The notes beneath the pieces are model-generated. The model did not search any database. It saw only the letters and a program-made list of their open reading frames with translations, and was not told the origin of the DNA. A stretch of DNA of 64,000 bases, taken from assembly GCF_004010195.1 (NCBI RefSeq), contig NC_057749.1:12302833-12366832 (forward strand), read 5' to 3'. Shown piece by piece: positions 11,880-23,490 of this stretch. Made by a program: the position numbers and the translations under genes. Each line of letters starts with the position of its first letter. Position 1 is the first letter of the stretch. Origin of the DNA: Chiloscyllium plagiosum. Taxonomy: Eukaryota.

Positions 11880-13760
11880 TGAATCATAGAACTTTGAATA
11901 TGGAACATAGAACATTGATCATAGAACATGGAAAATAAAACATTAAACAGTACACCAACGCTCACGTCCTTTGACCCTCAATGTTGTGCTGACCTTCTAT
12001 CCTCATCCAAGATCAGACTAACCTGCATAGTCTTTATTGTATTATTTTCCATGCGGCTATCCAATAATTGATTAAATATGACTAATGCACCTGACTCTAT
12101 TACAACTGCTGGCAGTGCATTCCATACACCCACAACGCTTTGTGTAAAGAACCTATCTCTGACATCTCCCGTAAACCTTCCTCCAAATACCTTAAAATTA
12201 TGCCTCCAAGTGATAGACATTTCTGCCCGTGTGCAAGTCTCGACCTATCCATTATTTCTATGCCTCTCAAAATCTTGTACACCTCCATTAAGCCACCTCT
12301 CATGCTTCCTCGTTCCAATGAGAAAAGCCCTAACTCCCCCAACCTTTCTTCAAAAGACATGCTCTCCAGTCGAGGGAGCACCTTGGTAAATCTCCTCTGT
12401 ACCCTCTCTAAAACATCCACATCTTTCATACAACAGGGCAACTAGAACTGCACCCAATACTCCAAGTGTGTTCTAACCATGGTTACATAGAGCTGTCGAG
12501 CTGAAAATGTGTTGCTGGAAAGGCGCAGCAGGTCAGGCAGCATCCAGGGACAGGAGAATCGACGTTTCGGGCATAAGCCCTTCTTCAGGACGTCTTCAGG
12601 AATGGGCATAATCCCATTCCTGAAGAAGGGCTTATGCCTGAAACGTCGATTCTCCTGTTCCCTGGATGCTGCCTGACCTGCTGCGCTTTTCCAGCACACA
12701 GTTTCAGCTCTGATCTCCAGCATCTGCAGACCTCACTTTCTCCTCCTACATAGAGCTGTAGCATGCCCTCGCAGCTCTTAAACGCATTCCCCTGTTAATT
12801 AATGGCAACACACCATATGCCTTCTTAAGAATTCTGTCAACTTGGTGGCAACTTTGTGGAATGTATGGACATGGACACCAAGATTCCCCTAGTTCTCTAT
12901 ACTGCCAAGAATCATGCATTTAACTCTGAATTCTGCCTTCAAGTTCGACTATCCAAAGTGAATCACTCCACATTTTTCCAGGTTGAACTCTATCTGCCAC
13001 TTTTAAGACCAATTCTGCATCTTGTACAACCTTCGTCTCGATTCACCGCTCCACCATCCTGCGTGTGATCAGCAAACTTAATAATCCATCCTGTGACTTC
13101 CTCATCCAAGTCATTTACAAAAATCACAAATAGCAGAGGTACTAGAACCGATCCCTGGAGAACACCACTGGTCACTGAAGTCCAGGCTGCATACTTTCTA
13201 CCTACCACCACCCTCTGGATTCTATGGACATTCAATTCTGCATCCAGATAGCCAGAATTCCCTAAATCGCATACCTCCTTACCTTCTGAACGAGCCTATC
13301 GTGAAGAACCTTACCAAATGATTAAATCCATGTACACCAAGTCCCGTGTTCTACCTTCATCAACGTGTTTTGTCACATCATCAAAAAATTCACTAAGGTT
13401 TGTGAGGCATGACCTCCCTCTAGCAAGGCCATGCTGACTACCTCTAATCAAACTACGAGTTTTCAAGTAATTTTATAAACTGTCTCATGGAATCCTCTCC
13501 AATAATTTGCTCAATGCTGATATCTGACTGAATGGCCTGTAATTCCCAGGATTGTTTCCATTCCCCTTCTTGAACAAGAGAAAAGTATTTGCCACCCTCC
13601 AGTGGGCAGTGAGGACACAAATATCATCTCCAAAAGTGCAACCTTGCCTCCTGTTGAAACCTCGAATATGTCCCATCTGACCCAGGTGATTTATCCATCC
13701 TTACGTTTATCCACATTTTCAGACATCCTACTTCCTCACATTAACTTGTTCTAGCATATC
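11880..13760 (-). mobile_element. Decayed CR1 RT region and 3' tail
   Basis: 'SGVLQGSVLVPLLFVIFVNDLD...KFADHT' and 'LERVQRRFTKVLP'; (CATAGAA)n tail. Confidence 0.88.
12497..12746. mobile_element. Short palindromic Penelope-derived insertion with two hammerhead motifs
   Basis: 13-bp TSD TACATAGAGCTGT at 12484-12496 and 12747-12759; motifs at 12561-12588 (-) and 12620-12647 (+). Confidence 0.85.
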
Positions 13761-14457
13761 TAGTCTGCTCAGTTGGGAAAGGGTCAGTGAGTGGCGGTTA
13801 ATGTATTGCTTAAAAAACCTGGAAGGTTTGCGAATGGATCACGCCTTTAGGAGAGCAAGCCATCCTAAGATACTTCCCGGAGGGAGAAATCACAGAATAT
13901 GACAATTTGAACAATGCTTGTCCATGTTGTTAGGATGTTAACATTTACCAGGACTTGCTGACTTAGACAGCCTTTCAGTAAGTAGGTTCACAAGTGATTA
14001 GGAACAAGTAGATCTGGGTTTAACCTCAGGAACACGCAACAACAGACGAGGCAGGACTGCATATAATATTGATTCATAGAGATCTACAACACAGAAAGCA
14101 ACTGTGATCTATTGCATTCATACTGGGCAAAATCAGCCTTATAACGTTTCGAATCCTATCATACAACTCTTCGTTGAAAGCCTTTATGCCTTGGAATTGC
14201 AAGTATACATATACATGCTGCAGCCTTCAGTACCTAAATAAGCAGAGAGATCCAAATTCTGACCATCCACTCGGTGAAAAACACACTTTTTCTGAATCTT
14301 CCCCCATTCGATGTCCCTTCGTCATAAGGAGAAAGTTTCTTACTCCAAGTGAAAACACTTCTGACACAGCGAGACTTTCTTGATATGCCAATGAATAGAT
14401 CAGAATGGAACTTATCACATTCCGCTACTCTCAATATAAAATCGTAGCTGTATTCTG

Positions 14458-15819
14458 AAATAAATCACCCACCAATTCTCAGTCAAAATCGATCCGGCCT
14501 AATACATGACAAAAGAGGAGAGATTTGTCACCCAGGACACAATAATGCATGGACAGCCAATATCTTCGTCAAGTTGTCTCAACCTGTTTCCAGTCACTGT
14601 AACTAACACATCAGTCAGAGGAAGGAACTACAGTTCTAATGAGCTTCCTGTCAGGAAGATACATATATGTACATCTGGCAAAAGCATGATAGCTAATTTG
14701 ATGGGTTTAGCTTGTAAAGTTCCGATATTGAATGCAGGAGATCTTACATTCGAGGTCTTATGGTACAATTGTAGTATCCCTGTGTTTGAACCCAAATACT
14801 TACTCCAGAGGTATGTCTAAATATTTAAATAAAAGGCTGCTTACACTACAAATCTGAAATAAACACAGAAAATGCTGGGGAAACTTAACAGGTCTGGCAA
14901 CATCTGTGGAGAGAAAACAGGATCTCCATGATACCTGAAGACTCATATTGGAATCGAGATGTTAATTCTATTTGTCGAACACAAAGTCTGCCAGACCTGT
15001 TGATTATCTCTGGCCTTGTCTGCGTTTGTTTTATGTCTGAACAGTATGATTATAAATATCTTCGACCTAAATTAATTAAGTGTTGTGCAAAATATGGTTT
15101 TCAAGGTTGCATTAGTTGGAGAGAGTGGATTTTGAAAATTAAGTAAATAAATCACCCACCAATTCTCAGTCAAAATTGATCCGGCCTAATACATGACAAA
15201 AGAGGAGAGATTTGTCACCCAGGACACAATAATGCATGGACAGCCAATATCTTCGTCAAGTTGTCTCAACCTGTTTCCAGTCACTGTAACTAACACATCA
15301 GTCAGAGGAAGGAACTACAGTTCTAATGAGCTTCCTGTCAGGAAGATACATATATGTACATCTGGCAAAACCATGAGAGCTAATTTGATGGGTTTAGCTT
15401 GTAAAGTTCCGATATTGAATGCAGGAGATCTTACATTCGAGGTCTTATGGTACAATTGTAGTATCCCTGTGTTTGAACCCAAATACTTACTCCAGAGGTA
15501 TGTCTAAATGTTTAAGTAAAAGGCTGCTTGCACTACAAATCAGAAAATGCTGGGGAAACCTAACAGGTCTGGCAAAATCTGTGGAGAGAAAACAGGATCT
15601 CCATAATACCTGAAGACTCATATTGGAATCGAAATGTTAACTCTATTTGTCTAACACAAAGTCTGCCAGACCTGTTGATTATCTCTGGCCTTGTCTGCGT
15701 TTGTTTTATGTCTAAACAGGTTGATTATAAATATCTTAGACCTAAATTAATTAAGTGTTGTGCAAAATATGGTTTTCAAGGTTGCATTAGTTGGAGAGAG
15801 TGGATTTTGAAAATTAAGT
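14458..15819 (+). repeat. Diverged tandem duplication, period 687 bp
   Basis: ORFs 14506-14820 and 15193-15507 are near-identical; the copies differ by SNPs and a small indel. Confidence 0.92.
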
Positions 15820-16397
15820 GGGAGAATATGATGTCATGCTTTTTGGCTAGAATAGAAGGCTGAGGATTATTTTAAAAGGAAAAGGCAGCAGAAAGCTGCA
15901 GCTCAGAGCGATTTGTATCTCCTTCTGCATGGATTACCCCAAAATTAGAATCGAAATTCAATGAATAATAGGAAAGACAAGTAGAATGTACAAAACAAAA
16001 TGTTGGAGAACCTCAGCAGGTGGGCCAGCATCGAGGCAAAGAGAACCGGAGCTTACATTTCATATCCAGTGAGCCTTTCCTGATATTTACTTGAGGCGCA
16101 AGGTCAAAACCTCAGAGTCCATGTGATGGAAAACGACAATAGAATATTTAGGTAGTTGCTTTTGTCCAGTATGTACGCAATGGGCTGAGGGGCTTTTCTA
16201 TGTCATAGCTCTCCATCGCATGGACTCCAAAAGTTTTGATCTTGCACCTCAAGTAAATATCTAAATGTTCTGAGGATTTCAGCCTCGATCAACCTTGAAG
16301 GCAATGAGGTCAGATTCTCACCACCCTTTAATTGAAAGAGTTTTTCCTCGCATCTCATTTAAAATTCCTGCCACATTGTTAAATCTATGGCCCGTTC

Positions 16398-16650
16398 AAA
16401 GTTTGTGAGAAGATTTGTAGCTCGGGTGCTCGTTGTTGTGGTTCTGTTCGCCGACCTGGGAATTTGTGTTGCAGAAGTTTGGTCCCCTGTCTAGGTGACA
16501 TCTTCAGCGCTTGGGGGCCTCCTGTAAAGCGTTTCTGTGTTCTTTCCTCCGGCATTTATACTGTTTTGTCCCTGCCACTTCCGGTTGTCAGTTCCAGCTG
16601 TCCGCTGCAGTGGCCGGTAAATTGGGTCTAGGTCGATGTGTTTGTAGTGT
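16398..16650 (-). mobile_element. 3' end of a Penelope-like element (third family)
   Basis: 'KHIDLDPIYRPL' resembles a PLE C-terminal motif; degenerate hammerhead at 16471-16510. Confidence 0.55.
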
Positions 16651-17829
16651 ACATACACTTTAAGGTCTCTATGATCCATGTTGCCTCCCAGGGTCGTCGT
16701 TTTTTCATTTATTCCCTTGTCTTTTTTCTCGTCCTCCTCAAATGAATCTGCTCACTGTTTTTTTCGGATTGAATTCCATTTGCCACTGATCAGTCCATCT
16801 GAACAGCGCATCTGCATTCTGATGTAATCCAAAATTATTCTGATCATTATGTACCAACTCACGAATTTACTTTCCATTGTGTTCAAAGTTAGTGATGATC
16901 CCACCTGTGTACAAGCGCAAATTATTTCTATAAACCGCAGCAAGGGAACCAACGTTGTCCCCTGTGGGCTATCTTGTTCACCATTTATCAGCACACATGT
17001 GAAAACATATGCTCCTGTCTAAAACATTTCCATAAACCAAAACGGCGAGGGAATCAACAGTACCTCCAAGGGAAAACGCTGGGCACAAACGTCCAGTTGA
17101 AAAAAAAAGGACTGAATCGTCACCCTCTGCATAAAATCAGAATTAGAGTTAGGTTTATTTTCACGTGTACAGAAGTGAATGCTGTGAAAAGTTTACAAAT
17201 CGCCACTTAATATTTTATCTGAGATGTACATGTATCTAGGTCTAGATTGCTAATTAGAAATTCTCAGTGGACAAAATAGAAAAATAACTAAATAGTAATT
17301 TCAACTCTACAGATCATAAGAATAAATTTAAAAGTCCAAAGTTGGGAATGACAATCCTTCAAACTCCATTCTTAACTGAACATTGCCTCTCTTCAAAAGT
17401 GGGTATTGAACCTAGACCGCACTGGGCTGCAACTCAAGAGACTTGAGGCTGGAATATTGGATTGATTGCTATACTATCATCTCCAGGTTTGTAGTGTCTG
17501 CTGAGACCACGCGGAACCGCCGAGAGACCACCACACTTGAGCACTGAGTAACCTCCGCCATCCCAGTCTGCTGAGAGACCACCATGCTGAGCCATCAAGA
17601 GACCATCACACCGGGCTGGGAGACTGCCTCGCCGGGCTGTGAGGTTACCATGCCATCCGAAAGGACAGCACATTGAGCTGATCATGACCACATCAGGCCA
17701 AGTGATCTCCATACTGAGTTCGAGATTCTAGGTCTGCGTTGAGGTCGAGAGTCCAATTCCAAGCTGAAGCAATGAGTTCAGGACGTCGATGAAAAGAAAG
17801 AACGAAAAAAATACACACATGAGAGTCGT

Positions 17830-18330
17830 AAACTCAGAGTTCGCTAGTATGGAACCAAATCCTTCAGACCAACCTGTCCATGCTGACCAGATATCTTAGT
17901 TAATCACTTCCAATAACCAGCCAATGGTCCATATACCTATCGACCGTTCTTTTTCATGTCTGCATCCAGATGCCTTTTAAATGTTGCATTTGTACCTGCC
18001 TTCATTACTTCCTCTGGCATTTCATTCCATAAATGGTCGATCGCTTTTATATATCTCCCCTCTCAGCTTATACATAGTCCCTCTGGTTTTAGGACTCTCC
18101 ATCCTGCGAAAAAGACCTTGGCTAATCACACTATCCGTGCCTGATGGATTAATTAAATTTGTAAGGTCACCCCCCAGCTTTTGACACTCTAGGGAAGATA
18201 GCCCCAGCCTATCACTATAGCTCAAATACTCTGACCCGGGAAAAATATTTGTAAATATTTTCTTTAATCTTTCAAAAATGCATCTTTGCTGGAGCAGTGA
18301 TACCAGAGTTGAACACAAAATTCCAAAATG
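17830..18330 (-). mobile_element. CR1 3' fragment
   Basis: 'LSYSDRLGLSSLECQKLGGDL...KTRG'. Confidence 0.7.
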
Positions 18331-19111
18331 GCAGGTAGTCGCACCTCAGGTAAAAGATGAAGGCAGATGGTTTACAGTCAGGGGACAGAAAGGGAACCAT
18401 AGGAAGTGCAGGGATCGCTTATGACCATTTCTCTCAACAAGTACAGTGTTTTAGATAATGTTGGAGGAGATGACTTAACAGGAGTAAGCAACGGGACACA
18501 GCTCTCTGGCACAGAGTCTGATCCTGTTGCTCAGAAAGGAAGGGGAAAGAGGAACAGATAATTAATCATTGGACACTCCATATTTAAGGGGACAGATGGG
18601 AGATTCTGTGGGAACGAGAAAGACTCACGGTTGGTGTGTTGCCTCCTAAGTGCGAAGATTCATGATGTTTCTGATCATGTTTTTGGGATCCTTGAAGGGG
18701 AGGGGGAGCAGCCGCAAGTCATGGTCCACATAGGCACCAATGACATAAGTAGGAAGGGAGATGGGAATTTAATGCTGAAATTCAGGGCGTTTGGGTGGAA
18801 ACTGAGAGGTGAAACAGACAGAGGTGTTGGCTCTGATTTGTTTCCCAAGCCACTTGCTAGTGAGGCGAGGAATATGGAGAGAGAAGAGTTGAACACTTGG
18901 CTACAGCGACGGTGCAGAGAGGAGGGTTTTGGATTGCTGGATAATTGGAGCTCGTTCTGGGGTAATGTGGACCTCTACAAACAGGATGATCTTCAGCTGA
19001 ATCAGAGGGGTACCAATATCCTGGGGAGTGGTGAGGGGCCGAATTTGCCAATGCTCTTCAGGTGGGTTTACATTAATTCAGCAAGGGAATGGGAACTGAA
19101 CTTATCGTTCG

Positions 19112-19458
19112 ATTACCCGAGAGGTTGAGAGTAGTGAAGTCAGAACAAATATTTCAAGATAGCAAGAAGGCACCGGCAAACAACAAATTTGTTTTGAAGT
19201 ATGTCTACTTTAATGACAAGAGCATCTGGAATAAAGTGGGTGAACTTACAGCATCAGTTGGCACCTGGGATTTCGATGTGGCCATTACCCGAGAGGTTGA
19301 GAGTAGTGAAGTCAGAACAAATATTTCAAGATAGCAAGAAGGCACCGGCAAACAACAAATTTGTTTTGAAGTATGTCTACTTTAATGACAAGAGCATCTG
19401 GAATAAAGTGGGTGAACTTACAGCATCAGTTGGCACCTGGGATTTCGATGTGGCCATT
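19112..19458 (+). repeat. Exact 172-bp tandem duplication inside CR1
   Basis: The unit starting ATTACCCGAGAGG occurs at 19112 and 19284; ATT microhomology at the junction. Confidence 0.92.
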
Positions 19459-21204
19459 TCAGACATGGGTATGGCAGTGACAGGAATGGTTATTGCAGGT
19501 TCTGCGATTTAGATTTCAGTAAGAAGAGAGAAAATGTTAAATGAGGGGTTGATGTGGCATTGTTCGTCAAGAACAGTGTTACAGTTGCATGGAGGATTTT
19601 TTAGGCTCGTCTACTGACGTAGTATGGGCTGAGATTAGAAACACGAAAGGAGAGGTTAACCTGTTGGGAATTTTCAGGAAGACTCTAAATAGTTTCATAG
19701 ATGTAGAGGATAGGATAGCAAAGATGATCTTCAATAGGAGCGTGAGTGACAGCGCAGTTGTTGTGGGGGACTTTAAGTTTCCAAATATTCACTGGGAATA
19801 CTATAATTCTTGTGCCTTAGATGGGTCAGTATTTGTACAATGTGTGCAAGAGGGTCTCCTGACACAGTATCTAGGCAGGCCAACAAGGGGTGAGGCCACA
19901 TTAGATTTGGTCCAGGGTAATGAACCCGGCCAGGCGTTAGATTTGGAGGTCGATTAGCACTTTAGAGAAAGTGGGCACCATTCGGTTATGTTTAATTTCG
20001 TGATGGAAAGGGATAGGTATTTATTGCAGGGCAAGAGTCATCTCTAGGGGAAAAGAAATTATGACGCGACTAGGTACGATTTAGGATGCACAGGATGGAG
20101 AAGGAAACTGCAAGAGGTGGGTCCAATTGAAATGTGGAGTTTATTCAAGAACCAGCTATTACCGGTCCTTGATAAACGTGTACCTATCAGGCAGGGAGGC
20201 AGTTGTTGAGCACAGGAGCTGTGATTAACTAAGGAAATTGAATCGCTCTTCAAGAGAAATAAGAAAGCTTATGTTACGAGGAGATGTGTTAGCTCAGTTA
20301 GGGCGCTGGAGAGTTACACGTTTTGCAGGAAAGACATAAAGAGAGTGCTAAGAAGAGCCAGGAGGTGACATAAGAAGTCATTGGCGGATAGGATCAAGGA
20401 AAACCCTAAGCCTTTATGTAGGTATATCAGGAAAAAAAATGGCGAGAGTAAGATTAGGGCCAATCATGCCTTGTAGTGGGAAGTTGTGTGAGGTGTCAGA
20501 GGTGATACAGGGAGTACTAAATGAATACCTTTTGTCAGTACTGACGTTAATAAAACAAAATGTTGTCGAGGAGAATACTGAAATACAGGCTACAACACTA
20601 GATGGGATTGAGGTGCAGAAGGAGTAATTCTGGAAAGTGTAAAAATAGATGAGTCCCCTGTGTGGAAACGATTTATCCTAGGATTCTCTGGGAAGCCAGG
20701 GAAGATATTGCTGTGTTTTTGGCTTTGATCTTTATGTCGTCATTGTCTATAGGAAGAGTGTCAGAAGACTGGAGGATAACAAATGTTGTTTCCTTGTTCA
20801 ACAAGGGGAGGAGAGAAAACCCTGGAAATTATAGATCTATGATCATTACTTTAATTGTGAGTAAAGTGTTGGAAATGTTTATAAGAGATAGGATTTATAA
20901 TCATCTCGAAAGGAATAAGTTGATTAGGAATAGTCAACACGGTTTGGGAATGGTCAGTCGTGCCTCAAAACACCTTACTGTGTTTTTTGAGAAGGTGATC
21001 AAAAAGGTGGATGAGGATTAAAAAGTTGATGCGGTTTATATGGAGGCTTTTACAGAAAATACGGAGGCAATGGATTGAGGATAATTGAGCGGTTTGGATC
21101 AGAAATTAGCTAGCTGAAAGAAAACAGAGATGGTGCTTGAGTGGAAATATTCATCCTGGAGTTCAGTTACCTGTGGAGTATGCAAGGATATCTTTTGGGT
21201 CCAC

Positions 21205-22240
21205 ATCCGGATGTATGGCATTGAGGGTGAGTTGGAGGTTTGGTTTAGGAATTGGCTGGCTGGAAGAAGATAGAGGGTAGGGATTGATGGTAAAGGTTCA
21301 TCTTTGAGTGCAGTTACTAGCGGTGTTCTGCAAGGATCTGTTTTGGGATAATTGCTGTTTGTCATTTTTATAAATGACGTGGAGGAGGGGCTAGAAGGTT
21401 GGGTGAGAAAGTTTGCGGATGATACGAAAGTTACAGCGGGACATAGATAAGTTGCAGAGCTGGGCAGAAAGGTAGCAAATGGAGTTCAATGTAGCTAAGT
21501 GTGAGGTGATTCACTTTGGGAAGAATAACAAAAAGACGGGGTACTGGGCTAATGGTCGGATACTTGGTAGTGTGGATGAGCTGAGAGATCCTGGTGTCCA
21601 TGTTCACAGATCTCTAAAAGTTGCCACCCAGGTAAATAGTGTGGTGAAGAAGGCATATGACGTACTGGCTTTTATTGGTAGAGGAATTGAGTTCCGGAGC
21701 CCTGAGGTAATGTTGCAGTTGTATAAGACTCTGGTGCGGCTGTACAGTTTTGGTCGCCATACTATAGGAAGGATGTGGAGGCACTGGAACGTGTGGAGAG
21801 GAGGTTTACCAGGATGTTGCCTGGTATGGTAGGAAGATCCTATGAGGAAAGGCTGAGGCACTTGGGACTGTTTTCATTGGAGAAAAGAGGTTTAGGGGTG
21901 ACTTGATAGAGGTGTACAAGATGATTACGGGTTTAGATAGGGTTGCCCATGAGAACCTTTTTCCACGTATGGAGTCGGCTATTACGAAGGAGCATAGCTT
22001 TAAATTAAGGGGTGGTAGGTATTGGACCGATGTTAGCGGTAGATTCTTTACTCAGCGAGTCGTGAGTTCATGGAATGCCCTGCCAGTCGCAGTGGTGGAC
22101 TCTGCCTCTTTATGGGCATTTAAACGGGCATTGGATAGGCATATGGAGGATAGTGGGCTAGTGTAGGTTAGGTTGGCTTGGATTGGCGCAACATCGAGGG
22201 CACTGTACTGCACTGTATTTTTCTATGTTTTATGTTCTAT
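21205..22240 (+). mobile_element. Second CR1 3' fragment nested in the RT of the outer CR1
   Basis: The RT motif region is repeated and has its own TGTTCTATG tail at about 22240; the outer RT then resumes. Confidence 0.82.
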
Positions 22241-23490
22241 GTTGTTTGGCATTTCTATAAATGACATGGATGAGGGCATAGAACGAAGGGTTAGTAAATT
22301 TGCGGATGACACTATGGTTGGTACAGTTGTGGATAGTGATGAAGAATGCTGAAGGTTGCAGAGAGTCTTAGATAAGCTGCACAGCTAGGCTGAGAGTTGG
22401 CAAATGGGGTTTAGTGCAGAAAAGTGTGAGGTTATTCACTTTGGAAGATGTAACATGAATGCAGATTGCTGCGGTAATGGTAAGATTCTTGTTCGTGTGG
22501 AGGCGCAGAGTGAACTCGGTGCCCAGGTATATAGATCCTTGAAAGTTGTCACCCAGGTTGATAGGGTTGTTAAGAAAGCTTGTGGTGCGTTGGCATTTAT
22601 TGGGAGAACGGTTGAGTTTCGGAACCATGAAATCATGCTGCAGCTGTACAAAACTCTTGTGTAACCACGTTTGGAGTATTGCGTACAGTTCTGGTTACCA
22701 CATTATAGGAGGATGTCGAAGCTTTGGAAAGGGTTCAGAGGGGATTGACTAGGATGTTGCCTGGTATGGAGGGAAGGTCTTACGAAGAAAAGCTGAGGGA
22801 CTTGAGGCTGCTTTTGTTGGAGCGAAGAAGGTAGAGAGTTGACTAAATTGAAACAAAAACGATGATCAGATGTTTAGATTGGTTGGACAGTGAGATCCTT
22901 TTTCCTCGGATAGGGGTGGCTAGTACGAGGGCAGAAATAGTTAAATTGAGGGGTGATAGATATAGGACAGATGTCAGAGGTAGTTTATTTTTTAGAGTAG
23001 TAGGGACATGGAATGCACCGACTGTAGAAATAGTGGAGTCGCCAAACTAAAGGTAATTTAAATGATCATTGGATGGACATATGTACGAGAACGGAATAGT
23101 GTCGGTTACATGGGTTTTAGATTGTTTCCGCAGGTCAGTGTAACATCGAAACCTGCACTGCACTGTAATGCTCTATGTTATGTGATCTATATCAACTCCT
23201 ATACTTAATGCATTGAACAATAAAGGCGGGTGGATCAAATGTTTTCTTCACCACCCTGTGTAAATGTAAATTCACCTTCAAGGAACTGTGAATCCCCAAC
23301 ACAAGAACTCTTAATCCGGTAAAAATCCACAGGACCCTATTATAATAATGCAAGTCCTGCCCTGAATTGCCTTGCTGACATGCAACTGCTCACATTTATC
23401 TAAATCCAACTGCGAGTCCCTGACACATCAGCCTAGTTAATGAAAATCCCTTTTTGGTCTGTGATAACTTTCTTGACTGTCGCTGATATT

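Larger units (their letters stand above)
18330..23180 (+). mobile_element. Near-full-length decayed CR1 LINE (ORF1 esterase, ORF2 APE-RT)
   Basis: ORF1 'VMVHIGTND...DDLQLNQRG'; APE 'VVGDFKFP...TRGEATLDLV'; RT 'WRITNVVSLFNKG...NYR'; 3' tail near 23180. Confidence 0.9.
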
